Source: Eledone cirrhosa (lineage: Eukaryota). From it: a stretch of DNA of 64,000 nt. This document shows positions 37,412 through 51,934 of the stretch, in pieces. Position numbers and translations under genes: made by a program. The notes below the pieces were generated by a model that was not told the origin of the DNA, searched no databases, and saw only the letters and a list, made by a program, of their open reading frames with translations. The DNA lies in NCBI GenBank assembly GCA_964016885.1, contig OZ024740.1, positions 265,360,001 through 265,424,000 of the forward strand, read 5' to 3'. How positions within the stretch are numbered: position 1 is the first letter of the stretch; the number at the start of each line of letters is the position of its first letter.

Positions 37412-39738
37412 TATATATAAAAGCGAGGATGTGTGTGTGTCTGTGTACAATTTTGGATACCTGAGGCTTTTACAATTACCAACCGAATTTGACCAAGCTT
37501 TCTGTGCACGTTGCACAGGTCGCTAAGATGGTCACATCAGAAAGACTTTTCAAATAGAACCACGGTGAGCAATAAAAAATCGATAGCAAAATTATCGATA
37601 GCAAAATTATCGATAGCAAAATTATCGGTAGCAAAATTCATGTAAGAGAGATAACCAACTGTATTGACAATCCTTATAAAGAGAGTGAGAGAGGGGAGAT
37701 ATGGAAACCTTTGTTTTCAATTTTAAAATAACAATCATCGTCGGACGAAATTTAAGAAATATAAACATCAGATTAATTTGAAGATAAATCACTAATATTA
37801 TCGTTTGTTTCTTATTTATTCTGAATGTCGTCGTGTGTAAAACCTTCAAAGTCGGTATCGCTACTTTCATAAGCCATGTTGATACAAAAAAAAATGTGTT
37901 GCACTTTCAAAGTTAAAAAAACACTTGTTGTTTTAACTTGTTTCACTATATTAAGTGTTAATTTTCGCGGTAAGGGCCTAATCTCGCAGCAGTATCAAAT
38001 TGACGAGATTTTGATGATGGTTTGTTTATTTTTAGAACAATCCTTATGGGTCTTTCGATTCAAACCATTGGGACCTACAACTTTTACATTTTTAAAGTAA
38101 CTTCGTCCACATTTGAGGCAGGCATTATCTATGCTTCCAGCTGTATTCGTACACATCAAACTTTTTTGACAATAAATGAACATACTGAACAGGATGTAAT
38201 TATTCAAAGGATTTTTTTAAGTTTTGCCAGTATATCTTTAATTTTAATTTAACGCTTCAATTCATACCTTTTGACTTTACAATTTTTCACCAAAGAAAGT
38301 ATGCACCTATTGGCTCTCGGACTTTGACCTCTCGGTCGAAGAAAACAAGGCGTGTAAATGACGCTCCGCCGACAACCGAAAATAGACAATCACAAAATGC
38401 GATGAGTACAGTTATTGCAACATCTTTGTCCGCCGCTGAGCGTCGGTTAGTGCGGCGAACCAATAATGCTAAAGCAACTGCTGCAGCACAGGCTGCAGAG
38501 ACTACAGAGCAACGTGAAACACGCTTCCTATGGATGCTACAGATACTGCTGCAGCAAGATCTGCAGAGACAGTACAAAAATATGAAACACGCCGTGCGCT
38601 TAATGCTTCAGCTAATGCTGCAGCAAGAGCAATTGAGACTGAGTAAGAACGTCAAAGTAGCCAATTGAGAAATTCTTCAGCTACTGCAACGGCACGAGCT
38701 GTAGAGACTGTAACAAGTCGAGTTATTCGGCTGTAGGGTAACGCTCAACGTAGAGCTTTATCGCGGGGTATTGCAAAGGCATCACGCTCACGAGGGTACC
38801 TTAAGGCAGTTAATTATGACCCTAATGTAAACTATCAAATCCATCATGATATACAAATATATGCCATGTCAAATACTTTCCAACATTGTAAAGCTAAAAA
38901 GTGGGCGGGAGAATCAGCTGGAATGTGCTGCTCCAATGGTAAGGTTAATTTGCCCTATCCGGATGTGGAAAAGGCGAGGATGTGATAATAACAAAAATTA
39001 GCCTGACTACATCAGGCGTGAATACTCCCTTCTCCTTTCACCGAACCCAATTTCCCCTTCGTGTTGCCTTTGCGATGTCCATAAACAAGTTGCAAGGTCA
39101 AACAATGTCCGTCGTTGGAATTCACTTGGATGAACCTTGCTTTTCGCACGGACAATTCTACGTGGCCTGCTCACGAGTTAGCAGTAGAGATAATCTCTTT
39201 GCGTTTGTTCCGAAAAGAAAAACAAAGAATATCGTCTATCCTGAAGTGCTTTAGTGTTAACAAAAACCCTTATTACAGCTCTGCCTTGACTTCATCTTAC
39301 TCAGTACAAAACATACCAATGAATATGTCATGCAGGATATTTTGGATTATTAGTTCAAAATTTAATACACAGCAAAGGATGCTCTCAAAGAATAGATTTT
39401 CTCTTATTCTACTCTCATTGTTTTTTGTTTTGTTTGTATACAACTCTGCTTTCATTACAACTTTTTGTACTTTAGCAAAAATGCCTGTTTTTTTTTACAG
39501 ATTTGCATCGTGTATTGTCTTTAATCATTTGTATAACTACATCGAGTTCAGTGTTTTCCTTCATTATCATCATAGTTTTATGTGTACAAAGATTGCACTA
39601 AATATTCGTTTGCATTATTTATTGAAGACTTCTGCTTATTTTTACAGGTTGGGGACAAGTAACTGTCTTCTTTTTCTTCCTAGCTGTATATTCTTAGCAT
39701 AATTTCAAACACCGGGCAACGCCGGGTAAATCTGCTAG
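37412..39738 (+). mobile_element. Internally deleted Helitron (N-terminal repeats + Zn-finger remnant joined to the Pif1 C-terminus)
   Basis: QHCKAKKWAGESAGMCCSNGKVNLP at ~38880-38955, and RTQFPLRVAFAMSINKLQGQT...FSHGQFYVACSRV. 3' hairpin ccgggcaacgccggg and CTAG at 39735-39738. 5' end resembles that of the 23-27 kb Helitron. Confidence 0.9.
37579..37638. repeat. 15-bp tandem repeat (atcgatagcaaaatt) x4 inside the Helitron
   Basis: Direct reading. Confidence 0.9.
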
Positions 39739-39766
39739 TATATATATATATATATATATATAAATA

Positions 39767-39866
<100 letters not shown>

Positions 39867-39875
39867 TATCTATCT

Positions 39876-40208
39876 GGGACGGGTAAAATTCCCGAGATCA
39901 ATGGACGACTTCTCACCAGCGGTCTCTGTCCTTCATCATCGCCGCCATATCCTGCGTGTTCCAGAGACCAGCATCTTCCTTAGGTCATCAATATATGTCA
40001 ACCTTGGTCTCCCTCTTCTAGTGTGTCCGTGTAAGGGCTTCAAGAGGACCACTGAGTGCAGTGTCAACTCAAAAAGCCGGTGAGCATGTCCAGCTAACCT
40101 CAGTCTCCTCTGTGTTACTTTCGAGCTAACCTTTGGGAGTTTCCCGTACAGCTCTGAGTTCTTCATCCTCAGTGTATACTCATTAATGTTCAGGGCCATC
40201 CTCAGCAT
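39876..40208 (-). mobile_element. RTE-like LINE 3' fragment
   Basis: RRLRLAGHAHR...RRGRPRLTYID C-terminal motifs. Confidence 0.8.
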
Positions 40209-40220
40209 ATATATATATAT

Positions 40221-40417
40221 GGGTACGTTATTCCGGGTTGAATCAGAGGTAACCACAATAAATAAGGTACTCAAAACATAGCAGAGTATAAAGTTCTAAT
40301 ATAGATGAGATTCTACAGGACTAGAACTCTTTCATTCTTTAGAAATCATCAGGAATCTGACATTCCTGATGATTTCTAAATAATGAAACAGTTCTAGTCC
40401 TGTAGAATCTCATCTAT
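40221..40417. mobile_element. Small fold-back element with hammerhead-like cores on both arms
   Basis: Arms ~40302-40355 and ~40362-40417 carry CTGATGA tttc...aat GAAA (c/g)agttcta, but stem I is unclear. A relative lies at 13444-13490 (minus). Confidence 0.6.
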
Positions 40418-40497
40418 CTATCTATCTATCTATATATATATATATATAAAATAAAGTTAAATAAAAGTCAAATGATTAAAATTTAGCTTCGTTTATT

Positions 40498-40552
40498 ACT
40501 GCTATATATATTTCAGTGACAGCCATCTTTGGCTGTGACCTCTTCAGGCAGT
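40498..40552 (-). ncRNA. Type I hammerhead ribozyme
   Basis: Reverse complement of 40783-40837. Confidence 0.85.
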
Positions 40553-40782
40553 TTGAATTAGTATGGTATAGACAAGTACATATGTTGTTTAGGTGTATGA
40601 TATTGTCAATACTCTGATATGCCCAGTTCCTTGTTGGGTTGTTAATTCACTTGGGAACTGGAGTCATATGACTCCAGTTCCCCAGTGAATTAACAACCCA
40701 ACAAGGAACTGGGCATATCAGAGTATTGACAATATCATACACCTAAACAACATATGTACTTGTCTATACCATACTAATTCAA

Positions 40783-40837
40783 ACTGCCTGAAGAGGTCAC
40801 AGCCAAAGATGGCTGTCACTGAAATATATATAGCAGT
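40783..40837 (+). ncRNA. Type I hammerhead ribozyme
   Basis: actgc CTGAAGA ggtcacagcc-aaagat-ggctgtcact GAAA tatata TA gcagt, then AATAAA. Confidence 0.85.
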
Positions 40838-41773
40838 AATAAACGAAGCTAAATTTTAATCATTTGACTTTTATTTAACTTTATTTTACACTACTCCGGA
40901 GTAACCAAACCAACCTGCGCACTTCGTCGAGTGCTCCAGCCTGCATACTGAGGTGTTGGTATACAACCAACATAAACTCAAAATCTATATATATATATAT
41001 ATATATAAATATTAGCTTTCTCCGATATATATATATGTATAAAATTAGCTTTCTCCGATTATGTATTTATATATAAATATATATATTCTTGACAGAGGAA
41101 TTTTATACGTAGATAGTCATAATCAACATGGAAAAGACATTTAAAAATACTCCAAGCGCAATTCGATTAAGAATTGAAACTATAACTAATTGCTTTGAAA
41201 ATTCATGTACAAGGAAATGTGGCAACAGTATTGTTTCTATGATATTACGCATAATAAATTCTGAATAATTTCACAAGATATCATCTCTAAGAACTATTTT
41301 CTAGAACTTGATAAGCTAGCTTGATTGATGGTGAATAAATGATTTATTGATAACTGTATATGTCATATTGATTGATAGATGAGTATATTCCTTATTAATT
41401 GTTCTTTTGTTGAAATATATATGAAATGAGAATATCTTCATATGAGCATGAAATGATTCTTTTGTTTTCGTTTTTATTTTTATAAGTGATAATAAACAAA
41501 TATGGTGGGAACCGTCGAATAGAAATTTCCGGAAATTCAAGTCTACAATCAAGATTTGATTTTATTTACTTTCGTTTTTAATGCCCTTGAGTAAAGCGTG
41601 AATAACTCCATTCTCATTGCTGTCATGTGACTATCAATATGGCTAAGCACGTATGATAGATATGGTAATGATGAATAGTTTAGATAGTAAATGTGCTATA
41701 ATATTAATTTAGTCATTGTGTTAAATAAGTTCTCTTTTTAGAATTACGTTATATATACCATTTACTAAATAAT

Positions 41774-41944
41774 TGTTTCTACTTTAGGCACAAGGCCAGC
41801 AATTACCCAGTGCATTACTGGTACTTTATTTTATCGACCCCGTAAGGATGAAAGGCAAAGTAAACCTCGGCGAGATTTGAACTCAGATCGTAAAGGGACG
41901 CAACTATGCTGCAAAGCATGGCGTCCGACCCTCTACCGATACTG
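41774..41944 (-). mobile_element. SINE family 1 with 16-bp TSD
   Basis: ccatttactaaataat at 41758-41773 and 41945-41960. Confidence 0.9.
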
Positions 41945-42829
41945 CCATTTACTAAATAATAACTCTTAATCCCAAGGAAAGATGTGTATACAGTATAATA
42001 TAGCCTATTCAATCACAGTGAAATAATTGATGTATATATATATATATATATATCCACTTAAAAGGAAAGTAATGCTACATATATATAGAGAGATATATGT
42101 AAAATCCCTACCGCGGCGCAAGCGGCTTCGGCTTGTGTGTGCAGCAAGCATTTCCAAAGGTGTACTAATATTTGTAGGGTGTATAAAAGTAGTTCACTGG
42201 TCTTGGTAGTTCTTTGGTTGAGTTTATGATACTAGCAAACTGGACTGATGGAGAAAGTGTGGTGGATGGAAGACAGTGGTAAGTGTATCTAAACAGGCAA
42301 TGAGTCAGGTGACAGAAGTAGAGTGGCCGGTTGTAGGGGTATTTAGTAGGTAGGAGTGTAGTGGGAGACGAAGGTGCATAAGAACAGAGGGTGGAGGGTT
42401 AAGGCTATTTATAGATGGGACTTTCAGGTCGAAGAAGTATTTTAAAGTGAAAATTTAACAATAAAAATTGTTAGAAGTAAATGAAGTATATGAGGAAATG
42501 GTTAAATAAATTAGTAAATAGAATAAAATAAGATCAGGTAATATATAAAGGTTTAAAAATAGGTTAAATGGAAATGTAAAACCTTCTCTCCGGACATGGT
42601 CTGCCACAAAAATAACAAGGATTTCACGGGCCATCTCCGAATGAAATATTTTCGGTAGGTTTCGTTTGTCTGGAAAACCTATTTTTGTTCAGCCCGTGTC
42701 GCTGAAAATGAATCGCCTGTACTCTATAACTTGGATATCTTTACAAAACTATTACTACTATACACACACACACACACGCACACACACATATATATATATA
42801 CCTATATATGTACCCTCATATATATATAT

Positions 42830-45800
42830 ATATTAACTCCTACTACACTTCCATCTCATCCATCTCTCCCATCCTTCTAAATAAGGCCCTTATATTAGCT
42901 ATCCGAAATAGTGACCTGACTAGATCCCAAATTGACAGAGAAATATCATCCTCTTCGAGGAGCAACTTTGGACCCGGAAGAACACGCCGAATAACTTCGA
43001 TATCACAATGGGGTTCAGCGATTCGGCACAGGTCACTGATTTGGTTGGACTATACCTCCTCCATGAACTACATAGGCATTCCCGCATTTCAGAGGCGGGC
43101 TGTACCGTGACGACGCCCTGTTCACTATTGAATATAGAAATGACGAGAAAAGACATACATAAATTCTTCAAAAGCTTTAATCTTAGTATAACGATAGACA
43201 TAAATAATAAAACGGTTAACTTTCTAGACGTAACCATTGACTTGGAAAATAAATACTTCTCACCTTATCACAAGCCACATGAAACACTAACACACATTGA
43301 TGCCAATTCCAACCACCCTAGATCCGTCTTAAATGCCATAATTAAAGGGGTATCTAATAGTATTAGCAGACTATCACATAATGAGTATGCATTTAGGTCT
43401 AATGCAAGGTACTATAATAAGGCACTAGCAAAGTCCAGTTTTAGAGAAAAAATATACTATATACCTAACAACTAAAAACCACCAGGGCCGGACCGTATAA
43501 TCACGCACAATATGGCCTTACCTAATAGAATCAGATACAAAAATAAGAACAACATGGGTGCAGTAAGCGGCTTTGACCAACCCCAACCGACTCCATCTAA
43601 CACGCCTCCTCGTTGTAGCAATAACACTAACAGAAGGATAAAAGCTAGAAACTTGAGATACAATAGGAACAACAGGGAAACCAGCAAACCCTCTCCGGGT
43701 AAGGTTACCACCACAGGTTCTCTCTACCACAGAAGGTGGGGTGTCTACGCGCGGTGCTAACTCTTCCTCCAGTACGAAATATAGAAAAAATAGACGAAGA
43801 TCTAATTCCTACTTTAATCCACTTTACAACTCGGAGGTATCAACCAATATACCAAAGACATTCTTTTCGATCTTGGAACCCCCCGCTAGTAAATACCATA
43901 GCATCATTAATAAAAACACAATTAAGCTATCATTCTCCACCACTCCAAATCTAGCTCGTCACCTAGCCATAACGAACAACAAAAAATTAGAAAGGGTTTC
44001 GATGCCATTTCATCTGCGGGAAACCCGCAGCCACTAGATGGACCGGATGCGGCGTTATCCCGCAGTACTATCCACACTCCTGATGTACGGTTGCAAAATC
44101 AGGAACATACGGAAATCCAACCATCTCCTGTACCGCAGAGTGATATACACCGCAAATGTAACTGCAGACGAAAGCCGGAGTGCCCCCTGAAGGGGATGTG
44201 CCTTATAAACAATATTGTCTACGCTTGTGAAGTTACAACTCGGACCTCTTCCAAAACATACATAGGATCTACATCGACCTCCTTTAAGACTAAAAACAAA
44301 TCCCATCGCTCTACGTTGAGACATGATAGACTTAAGAATACCACATCCCTAGCTAGTTACATATCCCTCCTGAAGAACATTGATATTCAATACACGCTTG
44401 ATTGGAGAATTATCACTAAATCATCGCAGTACAGACGCCCTAGCAAGACTTGTGACTTTTGTCTCTCTGAGTCATATGCCATAATACACTCCAAACTGAA
44501 CCTGTTAAATAGGATATCGGAAATATTCTCTTCTTGCCCACACATAAATCTTAGCTCCTTCTATTACTTTAGACCAATTAGCTACCACTGTAGGATACGT
44601 GTACCTCCCTCCTATCAGGCCTAGGTAAAAACACGCCACCCTTGATCCTGGTTCCTCTGTAACAATAACTGCCCTTCAAGTGTATATAGGTTCCTCTCCT
44701 CTTTTATTTCTCTTTTCCCTTCTCTCTTATTTTTTCTTCCTCTTTTCCTTAATTCATCTTATTACCACAAGCCAATAACCCATAGGGTACAACCTACTTA
44801 AGGCTTTTCACTATACCAAGCACAGTTCGACCCTATACAGGCACCTACCCACACTAACCAAAGGGATATGGTTTATAAACATACCCATTGTGCGCTAAGT
44901 GATAGCACAGCCTAATAGTTTGTCGAAAGCCCAACAAACTCCGCCGCAGCTATAAAGCGGTTGGCTTGAGCAGCTGGGTTCCAGATAGCCTTGACCCTAG
45001 GATGTGAGATAGATCCAACATAGTATAGTGAACAATATAAGAAAATCGTGTGGACTAAGTGCCACAGGATCGATCAAGCCCCAGGAGGAATAGGTAATTG
45101 GTCGCTGAGGGGTTTGAATCGAACAAATGACTTGCCCCAAGCGTCCCGTGGATATCTAATGAATCCGCCCTTTATGACGCGAATTTCCTCCCATACTTTT
45201 CATAAGCACACAACGACTTCCCGAGTTTGTATTCTGACAACCGTTGTGTGTTACTAGCGAGAGGCTAACGTTTGAAATTTTGAAATTGTTGAATATGAAT
45301 TGTGCTGCAAATATGATGAATTATAGAACCACACTCGAGGCAGTGTGCGACAGTAGATATTGACTTCCAACCGATCCAGGAGGGGTCACACCCGACTGTG
45401 AAATGATTACAACCTCCTGATTCAGTAATCTACACGAAAACCACGTGGCGGACATGTAAACAACATAGTTGTCATTAACAGTTTTAGCCGTGAGTTTACT
45501 TTATATTCTACAGAAATGTGCACTCACTCTAAAAAACCCGCTTATTAATATAACCATATCTTCTTTTCCTTCACTCTGCTATAGGTAATTCTGTAAGCGG
45601 AGTTTTCTATATACGCTTTCTGTCTACGTGACGGAATAGCCATCAGGATTTACATTTACTGTGGTATAATTGCATATGGTATGACACTTTAGTTCGATGC
45701 CGACTCGGCCATACAGTGAATTTCACTTGGGACGTTGGGTTGAGTGACCGAACGTGAGGACCTTGGGAGATAGCAGTTATTGCGGACCTGTCTTAGTTTC

Positions 45801-46412
45801 AATCTCCTCACTGGTATGCCGGCTGTACATATACCTACTTTACTTCAACTCATCGTACTTTACTTTATTTTAGATTTAAGGTGTTTGTTGCAGACGGCCT
45901 ATGCGGAGATATCCTCTGGGTATATGTTTTGGAAACAGTATTATATGGCCTAACGCTTGGAACTGGAACCAATGGGTGTTGTTCGTAGGGTGCTGGTATG
46001 ATATGGAGAAATCCTGTATTTTGCACTGCTTGTGAATTGATGTATCTGTTTACGTTGCTTTTTTTTGTTTTTTTTTTGTTTTTTTTTGTTCTTTTCTTGC
46101 TATCCTTTCCCTACCTCATCATCTATTGCACCATTTATGTGATAAATTTTTGATGTAATTTTTTCTGATATTTTATGACATTTTATGACATTATGTGCGT
46201 CATGTATTGTGTGTTTTTTTTATATAGCGCTGGCCATGGGACCCCGCTACTGGTATTGAACCTTGTTCTGGTGACGGAGCTTGATGGAGCCTGCAACCTT
46301 TGATATATTCTTGTTTATAGGCTCTGGTGATTCCTGCCATAGGGTATGGATGAAACACTGTTAGCTAATAAAACAATGTATTTCTAAGCACTCATTGGTT
46401 ATTCCTAAACTT
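42830..46412 (+). mobile_element. Penelope-like element, 5'-truncated: RT remnant, CxCx5C linker, GIY-YIG endonuclease, long 3' region ending in an HHR
   Basis: ITMGFSDSAQVTDLVGLYLL, NFLDVTIDL, YHKP, SNHP, YFNPLY, INKNTIKLSFS, CNCRRKPECPLKGMC, IVY...YIGST, CDFCLSE, LLNRISE. That 44625-46412 belongs to the element is inferred. Confidence 0.88.
46318..46367 (+). ncRNA. Hammerhead motif at PLE 3' end
   Basis: gct CTGGTGA ttcctgcc-atag-ggtatggat GAAA cactg TT agc, then AATAAA. The core has one substitution. Confidence 0.65.
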
Positions 46413-46462
46413 ATATATATACACATATATATATATATATGCCCTCACACACACACACACAC

Positions 46463-46521
<59 letters not shown>

Positions 46522-46677
46522 TGATTTATTAGGACTATGCAGAGAGCCTTGATACACTAGAGTTTCTCCTATGCACTGGCACTAATTCTTAATAAATGAA
46601 TATTTCAATTCTACTTCGGTATTGAATACTTTTTCTCGCGTCCGTCAATAACATGTGTGTATGTATATATATATATA

Positions 46678-46850
46678 TGATAATAAGGGCGCTGCGGAGT
46701 TGCAAATGGGTTACATATGAAAAAAGTTTGTCCTTCATCAGTGATCTTCCAACCATCATAGGCATTTCATCGCTTTAAAGACCATATACCTCCGGTTGGT
46801 GCGAGCAACGGCTAAAAAAAGTCGTTGGGACACGTAAATAAAGAGGACGC
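46678..46850 (-). repeat. Structured repeat family D (also 62063-62233 and 62787-62958)
   Basis: Reverse complement aligns with the two copies near 62 kb. Confidence 0.8.
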
Positions 46851-47262
46851 GAGGGTAAACAAACAAAATGGTGAAGCAACATATATATATATATATATAT
46901 ACATATATATACAGATATCCACGGTAAGTTGTGGGGTCCTCCAGTCTGCATGAAGAAATTACTAAATCTAAGGACGATTTATTGAATAAAAGACAGGAAC
47001 AGATTATAATTTGTAATCACCGTATACGAAAAACATTTAAATACTATAAACCTAATTAAATATTCTACATAGCAAGTCACTATAATTCTATATAGCGTAA
47101 CATTTGTTAGTATCCCTTTCCCTAATTATACACATTCATGCTTATTTCTTACCTTTTAATTTTTTAGATTCCTTAGATTTATGCGTTAATGACTAAGGGC
47201 AACAAGGTACACAACCATCCGTAATTACATGAGTAAATACGTATCTATGTATGTATGATATG

Positions 47263-47315
<53 letters not shown>

Positions 47316-47437
47316 ATGTGTGTATATGCGTGTACATGTATGTGAGTGTTTATATGTGTGTACATGTATGTGTGTGTACATACATATATATATGTGTGTA
47401 TAAATGTGTATATGTGAATATATATATATATATATAT

Positions 47438-47793
47438 ATTTCGTTTCTGAATTTGTTTAGCAAGATTCTTTATCTGAAAACGTGTGTTGAAACCGATATT
47501 GTTATACTTTGGGAGGGTCATTTTGCCAATAAGAAACACACGCGCCAGTTGCTTTCACTTCAATTTATTATAATAAATTTATAAATTTAGGAATTTATAA
47601 ATTTCCGATTGGTTGGTTGTTGGTTCCACAACCAGATGATTGTTTATATATTGTCAAAGTTCTTTCGTCACACATTATGTGACCTCTTCAGTGACTGGGG
47701 ATTCTTTTCTTTGTTTTTGTGCCTCTCCTTTGTTCTGTCCTACGTCATCTTGTTTGTGTATGTGACACATGACCCTCCCAAAGTATAACAATA
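47438..47793 (-). mobile_element. PLE family A 3' end with short inverted arm; HHR at 47652-47696 (minus)
   Basis: agtcaCTGAAGAggtcacataatgtgtgacGAAAgaacTTtgac. Short arm catgaccctcccaaagtataacaatat. Confidence 0.85.
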
Positions 47794-48079
47794 TATATAT
47801 ATAAATATATGTGTATATAATTGTGTGCACATGTGTAGATGTATGTATATGTTTGCAACTATTTATGCGTATGTATATTTTTAATTGAGTATCAATATAC
47901 CTCTATAATGTGGGTATATGCACTTTGTGATCTATGAAATTTATGCGTTTTGACTATGTCAACATGCATTTATCCGAGTTTGATTATTTATATATAGACA
48001 TACTTGAAAGTATGTTAAGGTGTATCATACGCTGTATTATACTAAGTACAATTTACCACACCGTACTATATTGTGTTAC

Positions 48080-48636
48080 GTTAACTTTGCCTTTCATCCT
48101 TACGGGGTCGATAAAATAAAGTACCAGTAATACACTGGGTTATTGCTGGCCTTGAGCCAAAATTAGAAACAATTATATTATATTATAAAAGCGGTGGATT
48201 GGCAGTATCGGTAGAACGTCGGAAGCCATGCTTTGAAGCATAGAGTTACCCTGTATTATCTGAGTTCAAATCCCGCCGAGGTTAACTTTACCTTTCATCC
48301 TTACGGGGTCGATAAAATAAAGTACCAGTAATGCACTGGATAATTGCTGGCTTTGTGCCAAAAGTAGAAACAATTATATTATATTATTGTATTACTGTAT
48401 TTCATTATCTTATTATAATTTTCTTATTATAATTTTCCGCTATAAGGCGGTGGATTGGCAGTATCGGTAGAGGGTCGGACGCCATGCTTTGACGCACAGA
48501 GTTACAGCCCTTGCCATTCTGAGTTCAAATCCCGCCGAGGTTAACTTTGCCTTTCATCCTTACGGGGTCGATAAAATAAAGTACCAGTAATACACTGGGT
48601 ATTTGCTGGCCTTGTGCCTAACGTAGAAACAATTAT
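48080..48636 (+). mobile_element. Three tandem SINE family 1 copies (48080-48175 partial, 48190-48376, 48446-48636)
   Basis: In the last copy, A box tggcagtatcgg at 48456-48467 and B box gagttcaaatcc at 48521-48532. Confidence 0.92.
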
Positions 48637-49194
48637 CTTATTATAATTTTCATCTTTTAATATACCATCTTTCCTAGTCATGACCTCAATATATATTCAC
48701 CTAAAAACTCCATACAACACAACTCAACATTTAATTTGTACATTCCTTTTAAACTTCACTATACCATATACATTCAACTATCAATTTGACAATCCCCTAC
48801 TTCCTAATAGATTTTTTTATAGCAATTCTATTATTAATACCATTCAACCATTCCTTTCAAAGGGTCATGACCTCAACTAAAGTGAATTATTTTTCATCTT
48901 TACATCATATGGAAAAAAACAATCTGATTGGTTAGTTCTTCAGCTACCTCCAAATAAGGTCATAGAACTAAACTTACTACTAATTTACTACTAATTTTGA
49001 ATAAAATTATTATTGCTTTTGACAACAGCTGGTGATATGCATGTAAGTAGATATTTTCCTTATGTGATATTTTGTAACTAACCTTACATAGATCGATAAT
49101 GAAGTATAGTTACAATGTATTATCATCACCGAGAAACGATCGTAAGCAGTGAAGTATATTTCTAATGACTTGATTCTTTATTTCATTGTTTTAA

Positions 49195-49357
<163 letters not shown>

Positions 49358-49610
49358 AGAGAGAGAGAGTGGAACAGACACATGTACATGTAAATGTATA
49401 TATACATATGTGTATATGTTTGTTTATATGTGTGTGTTTGCGTATATATACATTTACCCGTAGATTTGCTCGTGCATATGTATACATGTTCGTACATAAT
49501 AAAAGAACTTTCTATATATACACCAAAAAGATAACACCGATAAGAAAATGTCAATTGGTGTTTACGATCGCATCCATATAGAAAAATCTAATCTTCAAAC
49601 TTTAAAAGTC

Positions 49611-49796
<186 letters not shown>

Positions 49797-50301
49797 ATAT
49801 ATATATATATGTCTATATATATATACACACACACACACATATATATATATAGGTGACATATGATGATAAATTTAAAACGTTGTATATTGTATATCATATC
49901 TTATATCAACATAAAGAAAGTAACAGTATCAAATGAAGTATTTTATTCGCCATTCGAATTTTCATGTTTTGTTTTCATATATTTATCAGATTTATATTCC
50001 TCTTGTAGCTATTACTTTTATTGTTGTACGCAAATGCTATCTTTCTTGTTTTAACATTCATGTTACGTCATGATATATGCATATTTGAGTTTCATAGTGC
50101 TTTCACTTTGTGTATTTCATTTTTGTTTATTTTGCCACGTTCGTTACAATTTCCGAGTTGGCATCATGACAAGTATCAGAAACATTTTTACCTGTGAATG
50201 ACTGATATCGGAATATAGCATACAAACATACATACAAAATACATTCAAATCAGTATAAATATCTATATATATATCTATATATGCACTTATATATATATAT
50301 A

Positions 50302-50519
50302 GGAACAAGTACGACCCCGACGGCAGAGCTCGAGCCATTTCGACGGCTATTTCTGGACTAAATTAGAATGTTTAGCGTGGTAATAAATAGCCGAACTTTT
50401 CTAGGTTTGAGCTCTGCCGTCGGGGTCATACTTGCTCCTATAACCCACTCTACTACCCTAAGTATTGAGTACTTTGGTGCGTTATGGACCATCTGGGTCC
50501 TTACCACAATTCCTTCGTT
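50302..50519 (+). mobile_element. Family B fold-back element in (TA)n
   Basis: Same termini as the other copies, with an altered loop. Confidence 0.8.
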
Positions 50520-50536
50520 ATATATATATAACGAAG

Positions 50537-50586
<50 letters not shown>

Positions 50587-50627
50587 AAATGAAAATTCGA
50601 AGGCAAGGTAAAATTCCAATCATTTAA

Positions 50628-50701
50628 TCACGAGACATGTTTCAATAAGAGATAGATCGATTGTCAAGCCATGATCGATTATCACTGATCTCATCAGGTG
50701 A
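50628..50701 (-). ncRNA. Hammerhead motif (inverted arm of PLE)
   Basis: tcac CTGATGA long stem II GAA ACATGT c tc gtga. Confidence 0.7.
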
Positions 50702-51315
50702 AAATGAATTGTCTTCAAATTCATGATATGAGGGAGACGAAATAACGATGTTCTCTCACAGAATTCATTCCCTCATATGGAGACAGACCAATCAGAAACA
50801 CGGCGACTGCTATTAGCTTCAGTTGAGGTCATAAAAGTTTTCAGATTTCTATCGCTGCAAAAGACAATGGACATCAATCAAATCTGTAGGGATACAGTCA
50901 GTCACAGTTGAAGTGAGTGGGTACACACACATTCCACACCCACATACACCGGCTCGAGGTCAAAGAAAAATATATACATATATATACACACACCAACACA
51001 GTATTAAGCCTGTAGAGTTAGTGTGGGTGGGTACATACACACTTTCACACACACCGAAGCGATGTCCGAGAAAAATCAAATATAAGAAAACAAATATAAT
51101 AAAATATAAGTATTTATACGTACATACATATATGTATACAGAGGTACAGTAGTATGTATATATACATACATACATGCACACACATATATATATGTACGTA
51201 TGGATTTACCGAACGTTTACTATAATGCTCGGTGTGTTTGTAAACAAACATCCTGAATTATGCCGTACAGTGTTTAGCAACCATCGTTGCTCTTTTGTTC
51301 AACACTGACAAATGA

Positions 51316-51358
51316 ACGCTGTACTGGTTTCAACCTTATTAGCTATCGTCAGCAACGT
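51316..51358 (-). ncRNA. Minimal type I hammerhead ribozyme
   Basis: acgttg CTGACGA tagct-aata-aggtt GAAA ccag TA cagcgt. Confidence 0.75.
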
Positions 51359-51747
51359 ATACCTTCCTGCCAGATGATTGAACGTCTGAAAGTATATACT
51401 TTCTTATGCAATATTAACGGCTGACCAGCCTCATTTGCATATCGAGTGTGTTAATCGGCCGGGTGCAGCGAAAATTATAAACGGAAAAAATGAAACGAAA
51501 TTTCATTTCTCACTCTTAGTACGGCTGTTACATAAATATAAGTATGTATACGTACATACATATATGTATACAGACGTACAGTAGTATGTATATATATATA
51601 CATACATGCACACATATATATATATGTACGTATGGATTTACCGAACATTTAATATAATGCTCGGTGTTTTTGTAAACAAACATCCCGAATTAAGCCGTAC
51701 AGTGTTTAGCAACCATCGTTGCTCTTTTGTTCAACACTACCAAAAGA

Positions 51748-51790
51748 ACGCTGTACTAGTTTCAAGCTTATTAGCTATCGTCATCAACGT
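51748..51790 (-). ncRNA. Minimal type I hammerhead (C3 mutated)
   Basis: acgttg aTGACGA tagct-aata-agctt GAAA ctag TA cagcgt; palindromic ACTAGT. Confidence 0.65.
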
Positions 51791-51893
51791 ATACAGTATG
51801 TACGGCTTAATTCGTGATGTTTGTTTACAAACACACCGAGCATTATAATAAATGTCCGGTAAATCCATACGTACATATATATATGTGTGCATG

Positions 51894-51934
<41 letters not shown>

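Larger units (their letters stand above)
40446..40986. mobile_element. Near-perfect 444-bp palindrome (centre 40667/40668) plus ~97-nt tail, in (TA)n; PLE pLTR-type
   Basis: Arms 40446-40667 and 40668-40889 are almost identical, and each has an outward-facing HHR followed by AATAAA. Confidence 0.9.

Noticed and set aside
37579-37638. CRISPR-like repeat
   Set aside because: It is a spacer-less 15-bp tandem repeat within a Helitron in eukaryotic DNA.
48446-48540. tRNA gene suggested by A/B boxes
   Set aside because: No cloverleaf; it is the head of a multi-copy SINE.
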